Shown: positions 13,758-25,998 of the stretch, piece by piece | How the letters are laid out: every line of letters begins with the position of its first letter | How positions within the stretch are numbered: position 1 is the stretch's first letter | NCBI RefSeq assembly: GCF_018977255.1 | Contig: NW_024704743.1 | Span: forward strand, 29,638,001 to 29,702,000 | Length of the DNA: 64,000 bases | Origin: Callorhinchus milii | Lineage: Eukaryota | Direction of reading: 5' to 3' | The notes under the pieces: model-generated | What the model saw: only the letters and a program-made list of their open reading frames with translations | Database searches by the model: none | What the model was told of the DNA's origin: nothing | Translations under genes and position numbers: made by a program

Positions 13758-14599
13758 TATCAATGCAACTTGTTGTTTCTGAATAGAGGTCAGATGGCTC
13801 CATGCTAGGTGCCACATTGTTGCAAGCTGGTAGATGAAAGGGGTATCCCTGGAGGTCCAGGCAAGGGTCAGCTTCTCATCTGAAGAATGTGTATGTCCAA
13901 AATAAGCCACTGAGATTAATTAGAACAAGAAGAATTCTCTTTTTTTAACTCTTTTTTTCTCAGGTTCAATAATTTAGATTGTAGCATAGAATACTGAGCA
14001 ATGTTCAGAGATTGTTCACAATTTCTTCATCAATGAAACAGAGCATCAGGGAAAGGGGTGTTTTTCATATAGTCGGGAATGCAGTCAGTGGCACATTCAT
14101 GGGTCCTGTACTTGGGCCATTCTGGTTATTCCACACATAGAAAGGAGCTGGATTTGGGGCACATTGTCTAAATGTGCTGACGATACCAAATTAGAGGCTT
14201 TAGGGGAATTATTTTCCTAATCCCAGTGGCTTCCTTTGGATATACATGTTCTTCGGATGAGAGGCTGACCCATACCTGAGCCTTCAGGAATACCTCTTAG
14301 CTACCAGCTGGCAACAATGTGGCACTAGCATGGAGCCAGGTGACCGATATTCAGTGCATTCTCTGAGCACTGCAGTGAGAAGGAATGCCGAAGAGAACAG
14401 AACAATATGGGTGGGTTATCATAATTGACCAATAGGTGGCAATGTGGAAATAAAGAAAATGTACATTGAATATTAATATTAAACTAAGTTTTTAAGAATG
14501 GAGAGACAGAGGATTCCAAATGTATAAGTCTTTAAAGATAGCATTGCAAGTAGATACCTAGGTGCTGGCCGATTACATTAATTATTACATTATTACTCT

Positions 14600-15860
14600 A
14601 CAAAGTTTCCTCTTCGACGTCTCTTTTCAAGAATAAAGGATTCCTAACTTGTCTAGCTGTTGTTCTTTCATAGCTCATTCCTGTAACCCTTGAGGTCACC
14701 CTTGTTGCTCTCCTCTTCAGGACTTAGCCAGCCACTTATGTTGTGGTGACCAGAATTATATACAGCACTCCACATGCAGCATGACCAGAGCATTGTACAG
14801 TTTGAGTATGACTTAATATTACTCTTTACATTTCATATAGCATTAGGAGGATGTCTTAAAGATTTCACTGAATTTATTGTCAAGTGTAGTGACTGTGTAT
14901 TTTGCAGACAAACACAGCAGCTGACTTCTAGAAATATGGACTCAACTGATTTGGCAATATAGTCCAGGATCATTGATTATTGCTGAATCACATTATTTTG
15001 ACGTGGTGAGTGATGAGCCAACTAGCACCCCAAGGTCTCTTTCAGCTTCTCCCTTGGCATCTTCTACCCATCTATACTCCCGCTCTCTGAAACTCCATTC
15101 CAGAGTCATTCAGTGTCAATAATATATTAATCATTAATATATACAAAGAACAGGAAGGACTTCCGATAGAAACCCCTGAGGAACCCATTGTAATCCTCCT
15201 CAATTTGGACCGGGTTCTCCTAACAATTACCCTCACTTTCAACCCTTCAGACAATTTTAATTCCACATCTATGCCATGTTCTTACTGTCCAATACTATCA
15301 GGTTGTGAAGAAGTCCATTCCCTCATGTGGTACTTTGTTGAAAATCTTTCGGTTGTCTAGATATACTGCTTCAAACGGCTTCCCACAGTTAATTTGGGAT
15401 GTCATCACCACAATGAGATTGGTCAGAAAAAATTCTATCCCTGTTGAATCGGTGTGATCTGTCATTTATTAGGTTATCTTCTGATGATTGACTGTCATTT
15501 TTCCAATTATTGAAGTCAAGCTAATGGGTCTATGGTTGCCAATTATGATTCTGTCACTTTTGTCTTTCCAGTTGAAGTTATAAATGTTTTGGGAAAATGT
15601 GTATAAGGTTGGAGATTATGGAGCACATCTTTTCAGTTTACAAAGATGAAGTGGTCTGAAAGGTGGAAGTAAAATATAAACAGCATCCCACAATACCTCT
15701 CCCACCAAAAGAGAACACCCCTAAATCTCTTTCAGCCTTCCTATTGACAATCAGTACCCTATCCATGAAGTACACACATTTTCTATTAATGTTTCTTGTG
15801 TGTAGTACCTTGCATTTATTAGTATTAAACTTCCCTGCTGATGACAGATTAGCCAGCTCA
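14600..15860 (-). mobile_element. Degraded CR1 LINE ORF2 fragments
   Basis: Antisense remnants such as FNTNKCKVLH...ERDLGV, and RT-like segments near 15180-15540. Heavily decayed. Confidence 0.6.
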
Positions 15861-16517
15861 TCGAAAAACTTGGAAGGGCAGACAGGTAACTGGGGGCAGG
15901 GACTCTTCTCACTCAATAGTGTTAATACTGCAAACCAAAACCCTGTTGGATAGGGTGGTCCTAGCTATACAAACAATAGAAGCTTACCAGAGAGTGCTTT
16001 CAATGGCAAGCTGTGAAATTTTAGCTGGTTAGATTCCAGCAATACCACAAAGCAGTCTGGCGTCCCTAAACCTTGGCTCTTACCTTCCTTTCTGGAATTA
16101 GGTAAGCAAGATGCATCCCTCCAGGAAGAGAGTGTGCATTCCATTCCAAACATAGGAATTTCCATGGCATGGCAGGTCACATCAGCACAGTCACGAAGGA
16201 CAGTCCAAGCAAAGTTAATGCCCATTAAACCCCCCATATACCAATATGAGTCAGCAATTGGGATGGATGCCCCTTGGATCTGCGAATCAATGACTTCAAG
16301 GTTCCTCTTGATCCATAACACTGCACTTGTCTCACAATAATTTCCCACTGAGTGTCGCAATGTTCCGGATTATGAGTGCAGCATGCAAGATCCCCACTTG
16401 AGTCTGCCAACAGCACACCTCATCTTTCAGATAATTCTATAATATTTGTATTGATTTTGTATCAAATTCTCAGTTTCCACATCTCTCCATGGGCTGACCC
16501 TGTTGTTTCACACAGCC

Positions 16518-16635
16518 ATGGTCACTTTGTAAGGCTATAGACACTTTGTAAGACTACAGTCACTTTGCAAGACTATAGTAACATTGTATGGGTTTAGACA
16601 TTCTGTGAGGCTATAGTCATTTTATAAGATGACAG
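16518..16635. repeat. ~19-bp minisatellite (ctatagtcactttgtaagg-like) interrupted by L2
   Basis: Tandem units at 16518-16635. Related ctttgtaagt units resume at 17810-17845. Confidence 0.75.
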
Positions 16636-17810
16636 ACAACAACTTGGATTTATATAACGCCCTCCAAGCCGGATGGTGTCTCAGAGCGCTTCACAGTAAC
16701 TGATCTCGGGGTCGAACCAGGGGGATGGGGAGAAAGGTGACCAAAGGCGCGGTTGAAGAGAAAGGTCTTCAGCAGAGACCTGAAAATAGGAAGAGAGGGA
16801 GTGAGGAGAAGGGAGAGAGGAAGAGAATTCCAGAACCTCAGGGCATAGTGGTCGAGGGTGAAGCGGAGGACTTGGGGGATGAGGAGGAGGCCAGCCCTGG
16901 AGGAACAAAGGCAACGGGTGCTGTTTTGAGGAGAGAGGAGGTCAGAGAGGTAGGGGGGTGCAGAGGAGTGGAGGGATTTGAATATGAGGGTGAGGATCTT
17001 GAAGTCGATCCTCTCTGGGACAGGCAGCCAGTGCAGTCTGACAAGGACTGGGGTGATCAGGGAGCGGAGTTTGGTGCGAGTGAGAATGCGGGCGGCAGAG
17101 TTTTGAATGATCTGGATTTCATGAATGGTAATGGATGGGAGACCGGCAAGGAGGGCATTAGAATAGTCCGGCCGAGAGGTGACAAAGGCATGGACTAGGG
17201 ATTCAGCGGCCTTCGGAGAGAGGTATTGGCCGAGACAAACGATGAGTCGGAGGTGGAAGAAGGCGGTGTTGGTGAGGGACCGGATGTGGGAGAGGAAGGA
17301 TAATTGGGGGTCGAACCTGATGCCTAAGTTGCGTACGGATTCGGAGAGTTTTAGGGGGAGGTCGGGTAGGTGGAGGAGGTGAGAGGCGTGAGATTTTAGA
17401 CGTTGACGAGAGCCAAAGAGTATGGCTTCCGTCTTGTCAACGTTCAGCTGAAGGAAATTTGCGCTCCTCCAGCCCCTGAGGTCTGACAGGTAGGCTGACA
17501 GAACATCAGGGGACTGGGGGTCATAAAGAGAGGTGGAAAAATAGAGTTGGATGTCGTCCGCGTACATGTGGAAATGTACCCCATGTCTGCGGATGACATC
17601 TCCAAGAGGGAGCATGTAGATCAGAAAGAGGAGGGGTCCAAGGATGGATCCTTGGGGTACCCCACAGGTAACCGGGTGAGAGCGGGAGAAGAAGCCATTT
17701 GTGCAGATGTTCTGGTGGGGGTTTATGAGATAAGTCTCGAACCAGGCGAGTGCGGTCCCACTGAGGTGGATGGCGGAGGAAAGGCGGTGGAGGAGGATGG
17801 CGTGATCAAC
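16636..17810 (-). mobile_element. L2 LINE, 5'-truncated, RT C-terminal ORF still open
   Basis: ORF contains GVPQGSILGPLLFLIY, YADD, LQLNVDKTE, LHWLPV...IDFKIL. (ttg)n 3' tail. Confidence 0.92.
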
Positions 17811-19673
17811 TTTGTAAGTCTCTTTGTAAGTCACTTTGTAAGTCTCAAGACTCGTTTACGCAAAGGCAAATGGGGGGGAAGAAGACCACAATCTGTAGTT
17901 TCTGAATTAGGAGTTACATTTGTTTAAAGTGACCTCTAGTGGCTTTAAACTGAATCAAAAAAGTAATGGCCATGCAATTAAGTTTTTTTTAAAAAAGGCT
18001 ACTTGTTATAACATGCTGTATCTTTTAAATTGCTATTGATGACTGAAACGAAAAACAAAGTCAGCATCAATTATGAACCACAGTGGTTGTTTTTACTAGA
18101 TATATAATACCAGTGGTTTTATTCTGAACAAACGTGCCACTTGTAACAATCTCGGCTCAATCAAACAAACCGTGACTTATAAAGGAAATAACTTCCATCA
18201 CTGTGTAATGCATATATTTTTTCAGTTCATTAGGACAAAGAAAGCACATTACGAGGAAAGTTTAACATTGAAGTGACTTTTAAGGTCACAAAAAGAAATG
18301 CCAATACATCCTAAAGTGAACACATAGTCAATGTGAACTATCGCTAAATACCATAAGCATTTCAACTATGATTTGTAAGCAGGAGGCCGGACCTCATATC
18401 CAAGTGACATATCTTACGTTAGGTAGTTCCTTGTTGGCAAACTGGCCTTCATGGAAGGTGAAGAGAAGATTCTACAGTTTCTAGACTCAGACAATACAGC
18501 ATTGCTTGCATTCACAAGATGTCTCAAATATGAGCACTCGATTGGGGGGAGTTTAAAATCATGTATCATGGTAAAAATCTACACATCACCTGAACAAAAT
18601 AACACCAACAAAATAACCTCCTTGTGCATTAAGCAAAGTCCTTCAAAATTCAGACATTCAAGTGTATTTGATGTGTCTAGTCTTGTTTTCTCAAATTCTA
18701 GCTGTATCTGAACTGGCAAAGCCCCTACCTAATGAGAGTTACACATATTCAGCAGATTCCTTACAATGATGGGCTACTGATACCATACTAATAGCCCCAT
18801 CTTCACAGTATTCACAACCATATGTCTACTATTTGCCGAGTTTCTAAAATATAAGATTTCCTTCCACCATTACATAGAGAATGTAGTTATTTTCCCAGCA
18901 ACACACAGTTAGTACATAATCTTAATATAGTAATATGCAGTTATGAAAAAACACACTCTGCCGGATTATTATGAAATTATCAAAGTGAAAACCACAACAA
19001 CAAACACTTTTTGCAACAATTTGCTCATGGCTTAAATATTGCACCATACAGGGGGAGGGGGAGAAAAAAATCATAAAAATTGAATATCAGGAGAATTACC
19101 AGTTGTATTCAAAGATTTGAATACTTTGGGTTTTGCAAAAAAATAATTTCAAGTGAGAAAATCTAAATTGATAATATTTGATAATATTTGTATTTGCATT
19201 AACTCCATTAAGGCATTTATAATCAATAGGGATTCCATCATGAAAATACCCAGATGATCTGTAGTGAAAACACAGTCAGATTAGCTTTGAACATTGAAAT
19301 ATTAAATTTCAAATCCATTGCTCCTCACAACCATGTCTCACATTGCAGCGGCTTTAAAAACATTGTCACAATTTAATTTATTTGTTTCAGTTTAAATTAA
19401 AAATAAAATGGGATACGGGAAGTGTAATTTCCTTCGCAAATTCAAGCATAACTGTCTCGTGGAGAACAACATGATAGGTTTGTGGGAATGTCTGAACATT
19501 GGTTCTGCAGACTAGTTTGATTCCCTGTTTAAAATAAGCCATTAAGAGTGCAACTTTTGCAAGTTTCATGAAAAGAGACATGGATTAAAAGTTAGCTTGG
19601 GCGAGAGGCCTGCAATAAATATGACAGAGTACTTGAAACATAAATCAACCACAACAGTAACAAATAGCGTTTA

Positions 19674-20150
19674 CAACAAGAACAATAACTTGCATTTATA
19701 TAGCGCCCTTCATGCCGAATGGCACCTCGGAGAGCTTAAATGTGCTTTTCACATTTGGAGGACATACCAAGGTGTTGGGCAGTCTAGGGTTTGCATTCAA
19801 GCTGGGGGTTGGATTCAGGAGGAGTGGGGGCCAAGACCGTTGTGGGAGGGGAGATGACTGACAACACGGTCAAAGAGAGAGGTATTAAGAGAGACCTTCA
19901 AGGAGGCGAGGGAAGGGATGAGGCAAAGGGACTCTGGGACTCTGGGATGAAATGACAGAGGGTGTGGGCAGAAAGGCTGAAGGCCTGACCACCGATGGTG
20001 GGGTGGGCAGGGCTGGGGACATGGAGCAGGCCAGTGCCTGAGCGGAGGAAGTGAGATGGTTGGTAGGGATTTAGAAGATCACAAAGGTAGGGTGGGGCAA
20101 GACTATGAAGAGATTTAAAAATGAAGATGAGGACCTTGAACACCACACAG
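19674..20150 (-). mobile_element. L2 3' fragment
   Basis: Antisense translation FKVLIFIFKSLHSLAPPYLCDLL and L2 tail. Confidence 0.8.
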
Positions 20151-21315
20151 TGAACTCTTGCAATGAATGGCCTAGTGCAGGAAAACATTGCCCTCGCCCT
20201 CAGCCAGTCACGTGGTAACTACTTTGACTGTTGTGGCAAGATCTCTGTGAGTGGAAATTTTAGAGTTTGCCTTCTGTGAGGTTCTGCCTGATTGTTAAAA
20301 CCTGAGCAATTCAGGTTGTTAAAATAAGCAAAATGAACAACAGTACATATGTCTACACATAAACGTATACTGTACTTAACTTAAACAAGTTTTAACAAAT
20401 AAACTGCCAATTGTGGGGTGGGGGGGCTGTTCTGTCACACTAAGAACTGCTTACTCTGCGCAGGTTCAGTGTGTATTTGTGTAGGTCCTCCTGGTTACAT
20501 CCCCTCCTCTTGGCCCCGGAGGACTCATGCCTACATAATCACCCCTGACATAGAGTCACTGAGCTCTTTTCCCTGGAGTGACGAATATATCAAGAGTTTA
20601 GTTGGTCAAGCAAATTCCTCTGTTTAACATTGTATCACTTCTGAAAGTATTTCTTAAATGTTATTTTCCTAATATTTAGCAGGATTCACTGCTAGAAGTT
20701 GCATCGAATGAATTTCAACTGAATCACTTGATTCCCACTTTCTCCAGTGAAAACAATTTTACTGCAATTGAAGGCCATCCTGAAATTGGTTTTCTGTGAT
20801 TAAAAAGGGAATATATTCTGTCTTCTGCCTAAAGACTGCATTAAACAAGGACACTAAAATATTAATTACAAATTAAATGATATTGATGCACACTCTGGCC
20901 CTCAAATTAATATCAATAAATTACATATTTATATTTTGTAAGTAGAGACAGTACTGACATATCAGACTACAATTATGCTTGCTTTTTTTTTAGAAAGAAT
21001 AACACATCAAAATAACTCTGAGTTGTTTTGTGAATTATGCTCGTGCTGCTGAAATTCAAATTTCTGAACCTAGATTGATCTAGGTTTAGATTTTCGCCCA
21101 CAGTCAATTCACTTTATAGTATATTCTGTGAAGCGCTTTGAGACGTCTCGAAGATGAGATAAGGCACTATATCAAATGCAAGGATTATTATTATTATTAT
21201 CTAACAGCCTTGGATTAGCAAAGAAGTAAGGTGGTTCAGTGATGTGTATCGTATCCAGTTTTCTACTGCTGTAGATGAAAAGCAAAGGTGTGTTGATCCA
21301 ACTAGCAGAGGCAGC

Positions 21316-21396
21316 TCATGCTTCTACAGAGGCTGAAGCATCAGAATTGTTGAATTTCTTGAATCGGTTTGTAGCTGTTACTCCATGATAGGTTTT
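21316..21396 (-). CDS. MYLK4: Terminal exon for tail B: second half of the calmodulin-binding helix and stop
   Basis: ttttatttctctgcag|AAA ACC TAT encodes KTYHGVTATNRFKKFNNSDASASVEA*. It aligns with the skeletal MLCK M13 peptide KRRWKKNFIAVSAANRFKK. Confidence 0.92.
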   Translation of the reverse strand, partial: KTYHGVTATNRFKKFNNSDASASVEA

Positions 21397-22431
21397 CTGC
21401 AGAGAAATAAAATTAAAACAATTGCCGACAGTCCCACAGATTCACAAGTTTCTCTTAACTAGTTGGCAATGGAGGGTTAAAGGGAAGGGGGGCATTGACA
21501 GAGGCTTGAGGCAGTGTGCCGTTTTTATCAATTACCTCATGTAGCAGTGAAGTGAATCGGTGACATTTGTTACATGCCTGAAGTGAGTCAGACAATCTTT
21601 CTGAGTATTATCAAACATAGAATAGGGTAATACCAATGATAGGTACTCTTCACTGCATTGGACCACACCACCTTCCCCTGTCCCATCGGTTTCAGTTTAT
21701 TCGGTTTAGGAATTCCAGGCTGTACCACTAGATTGAGTATTCTCGGCGAACCGGAGAGGAACAGTCCTGCCCAACAAGAATACAACTCCCAAACTGTGGA
21801 TGGTAGTGCTGTAATGGGCCATCTTCTACAATGCAGGTGGAATGTAGCATTCAGTGGGAAAAATAGAACAGGGAGAAAAGGTAAAACTAAACTGAAAAAT
21901 GAAAACAAAAAAAAACATTGAACAGCAAATGCAATAAGTTCATAATAAATGAAATTTGGTTCTACGCCCAGAGAGAATAAGAAGTATCCACTCAGCATTT
22001 ATTGAAAAGTTTACCAAGTGGTGTTGCAATATAGAAATACACCTAGAGGATTCAACATTCTTTGTTTCTGTTGGTGCGAGGCATGGAAAAAAATCTAGTT
22101 TATTCATTTTAACAACACATACTAGAGGTACAAGAGCCAGATAGTGAGACAGAATGAAGCATGGGGCGCAGATCCAAAATATGGGCTACTTAGATTCACA
22201 AATTCAAATGTTGTGTATTGCAAGAGATATTGGAGAATTTTGCTGGCGTCTATCTTTCTTCAACATCTGACCCACATTTATGCGGAGAAATTCCACCTGG
22301 ATCCAGCTTTACTCTATTTGTATAGGATTTCAGAGCATTCAGAATGTGATAGTTTGCTGAATTCAACCTTATTTTTTAAGCTGATTTTCTGCAGTTCACA
22401 AAAGAACTTACTGAAAACTGATTTCAAGATT

Positions 22432-22890
22432 AACAACAACAAATTATACTTATGTAGAGCCCTTCACGTCGGAAAGAGTCCCAGGGTGCTGGATAGTCAG
22501 AAGTTTTTGGACCCGAGCTGGGAGTTGGGGTCAGGAGAGGTGGAGGGCAGGGGGTGTGGGGGTGGGAGGGTGGCCAAAGGCACATTCGAAGAGGAAGGTC
22601 TTTAGAAAGAGACGAGAGAGGGGGTGAGGTGGAGGGACTGTAGGATAGAGTTCCAAAGTGTGGGGGTAGAGATACTGAATGCCCGATCGCCAACGGTAGA
22701 CCAGGAAGTGCGGGGGACCTGAATCAGGCTGGTGTCCACTGAGTGGAGCGAGCAGACCGGATGATATGGGGTGAGGAGGTCGGAGAGGTAATAAGGAGCA
22801 AGACCGTGGAGGGCTTTGAAGGTGAGAATGAGTGTTTGTACTCGATTCTCTGAGGGATGGGAAGCCAGTGAAGCCAGGCAAGAACACAGG
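22432..22890 (-). mobile_element. L2 3' fragment
   Basis: aacaacaacaaattatacttatgtagagcccttcacgtcgg tail in antisense, with purine-rich L2 body. Confidence 0.8.
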
Positions 22891-22989
22891 TGATGGACTC
22901 TATTTGTATAGAGTCTCCTCTAGCTTCTCGCAGCTGTCATGCCTGTGGACTGACGATGCCCCACTGATCGCTCTGCTCCCAGTCTTGCG

Positions 22990-25540
22990 TGCGTGTTTGC
23001 CTGCCAGCCCTGACCCGATCCACACGCTCCCAAAATGCTCCCGTTCCTACCACCCCACCCCCATGCTCGGTTCCTGATCCTTGACTGTCCAGCGCCTTGG
23101 GACGGCCTCCCGACGTGAAAGGCGCTCTATAAATTTAATTTTGTTGCTGTTGTTGTTCGTTACTCCCACTCAGTCCTTCTCTCCTACCACCCTCCCCGTC
23201 TTCTCTCCCTCCTGGACGCTCTCACAGCCCCCAGCTCCAGCTTGGGCATCCTCCGCCGGGCTCACTGTGGCACTCGGCGATGGTGGTCCTAGAGCAGCCA
23301 CCCTGACTGTTCCATATTCTACTTAGTCCGCAAAACCCGTCTCCCCCGCCTGCAACAGATAAATCACCTTCTCTCATCCACATCCTTCCTAACTCTCTCC
23401 TCTCATGCTCGACAGTCGTTTCCCCCCCACACAATCTACAACCACCTCCAATCCCTCCCCTGCCTGCGCCCTATTCACATTGGCTTCAAAATGTTTGCTC
23501 CCTCTCTAATAAAGCTCTTGGAAATCCACGACCTCATCCTGGCCGAGTAATTAGACATTTGGGGGTTTATGGAAACCTGGCTCTCCCCGGTCCCCCTTGT
23601 TGAATCCTCCCCACCTGGTTACACTTCTCACCACAGCCCCCCACCCCAACAAATGCGATGGTGAGGTGACCCTCATCTTCAAACCTTCATTGATCTATCC
23701 CTCTATTCCTCTGGCTGTATCCCCTCTTTTGAGCACCTCACCCTGTACCATCCCTCCTCTCTCACTTCAAAATTCTCATATTTTACTGCCCCCCAAACCT
23801 CCTGGGTTCTTCCTTGCAGATATCTCCTCTCTCCTCTCATTCCTGTTCCTCTGCACAAAACGCCTGCTCATAATTTCAATCTTCATCTCCATTCCCCCTG
23901 CCCCATCTCCCCTGACTTTTCCGCCCTCCTCTCCACCATAAACCTCATCCTCCATGTAAACTCCCTAACCCACAACCGTGGCCAATTCCTTTACCTCATC
24001 ATCACCCACAGTCTAGACATCATTGATCTGTCCATCACAGACAAGGCCATCTCAGACCACTTCCTCATCTCCTTCTCCTCTCATATCACCCTCCCCTCCT
24101 CCAAGCCCACAACCATCTTTTTTCACCTATGGAAACAGCTTCCACTGGAGTCCCTCACAAACACCCTCTCATTCTTGAACCTTCTTTCTCTCTCTGTCTC
24201 TCCACTTGCAGCGATCCAGACTCAAGCTGCTAAACGATCACCTCTCCTCAACTTTCAATTCCCTTGTCCCCTTGAAAACCAGCTCTGTCTCCAAGCCTAC
24301 CCGTTCCCCCTGGTACAATAGTAATCTCCACCCCCTCAAATCCCAAACCTGGTCGCTCAAGCCCAGACGGCACAAAACCAATTGTGGCATGAGCATATTC
24401 ATATCTCCCTCTGCTCCTTCTCTCAAACCAAAACTACGTTCTACTCACAGCCCTTTGTGAGGACAAAATCAAAACCAAAATCCTGTTCTCCACTATCCAC
24501 CACCATGTTTCCTCTCAAGCACCCTTGATTCTCAATTCTGATGCCAAGCGCGAAGAGGTCCTGAATTTCTTTATCTCTGAGATGGATAATATTCTCCTTT
24601 TCCCCTACCCCCATGTCGCCCACCATGGCCCCCAACTTACACTCATTTGCCCCTATCTCCTCCCTGCTCCCTTTACCCCACCATCACTCAGATGGAGCCC
24701 ACCACCTGCTGCCTCGATCCCCTCCCCATCCAGCTTCTGGTCACTCAACCACCCCTCCTCTGCCTACTGCTAGCTGACGCAATCAACCAGTCCCTCTCCT
24801 TAGGCTGTGTCCCATTCCCCCTCAAAACCGCTGTCATCACTTCTCCTCTTAAAAAAAACTACCCTCAATCCCTCCAATCTCAGAAACTTCAGACCCATCT
24901 CAAACCTGCCTCTCCCTCAGACTCACTGAACCCGTGCGCAACTTAGGCGTCAGGTTCAATCCCCAGTTTGCTTTCCACCCCACATCCATTCCCTGACCAG
25001 GACCGTTTTCTTCCACCTCCGTCACATTGCTGGCCTCCGTATGTACCCAACAAAGCCCAAATCCTTGTTTAAACTTTCATCACTTCCCGGCTGGACTATT
25101 CCAACGCCCTCCTCGCTGATCGCCCCAGCTCCTCCATACACAAAATTCAATTAATTCAAAACTCTGCCACCTGGATACTCACCCGCACAAAACTCCATAC
25201 CCCCATCACACCAGTCCTTGCCAGGTTCCACTGGCTCCAAATTACTGAACGGATCGATTTCTAGATCCTCTCACTCGTTTTCAATCCCTTCATGCCCCCC
25301 ACCTCCCAACCTATCTGATCTGCTTAATATGCCAATCAGCCAATATGCCCCAAAACTCTGGAACTCTCTCCCTCAATCCTTCTGCCTTGCCCCCTCCATC
25401 CTTCAAATCACACCTAAAGACCTTCTTTTGGTCAAGCTTACGTTCACCTCCCACCTCCCTCTCCCCCTGGCTCGGTGTCAGATTCCACCAATGTCAAGCT
25501 ACCCCGTGGGAAGGCCACTATATAAATGCTAGTTGTAGTT
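22990..25540 (+). mobile_element. L2 3' tail followed by a long decayed L2 (endonuclease region, RT core deleted)
   Basis: L2 tail ends near 23157. ETWL and ISDHF endonuclease motifs and CCLDP...PLKTAVIT follow, then a jump to cgcaacttaggcgtc near 24940 and a 3' tail at 25520-25540. Confidence 0.8.
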
Positions 25541-25865
25541 GTAAATTCTGGACACTTAGATCTGCTACATAAATAGAGTAAATCTAGACCCAGGTCGCAT
25601 TTTGTCCCAAAAGACTCATTGGGGAGTAAACCCAGATTGTGAACAGCATACTAGTCAGAGTTCACATTATACTGTGGCACTAAACACTTAAAAGGAAAGT
25701 GTAAAACTGTCAAAGTTTATAAAAAAAAGAATTTTAGAATAATTTTTTAGCAGATTTGTTGTTAAAAAATGGGCCATGCTGATAGATCCACACTTTGATT
25801 TGAATTGGATGAGCATAAAAAAGTGGAAATGAGACATCAAATTCTGTTGTAAACTATCATTGTAC

Positions 25866-25998
25866 CTTCCATTGCCGTCGCACCATGTATTTCTGAAGAA
25901 GGATCTGGGACTTGAGACGAACCTTACACTGTTTGGCTTTCTCTGCAATGTTATTTAGCCAAGTCTGCTTCAGGCACTGGGCAGCACTGATTCTTGCC
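25866..25998 (-). CDS. MYLK4: Alternative tail exon B: MYLK2/MYLK3-type autoinhibitory segment
   Basis: Acceptor ccccttctttttatgtacacag|G GCA AGA encodes (G)ARISAAQCLKQTWLNNIAEKAKQCKVRLKSQILLQKYMVRRQWK. Donor AAG|gtacaa. 133 nt, entering in phase 2 like exon A. Confidence 0.93.

Noticed and set aside
16518..16635. Regularly spaced short repeats resembling a CRISPR array
   Set aside because: They are tandem degenerate units without unique spacers, in vertebrate DNA with no cas genes.
16650..17834. 394-aa and 397-aa (55421-56614) RT ORFs as host genes or a novel RT system
   Set aside because: They are 5'-truncated L2 copies. Their start codons come from the flanking minisatellite or antisense CR1, and the N-terminal RT and endonuclease are absent.
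25688..25948. Listed 86-aa ORF (MQRKPNSV...)
   Set aside because: It is an out-of-frame reading of the real exon B at 25998-25866.
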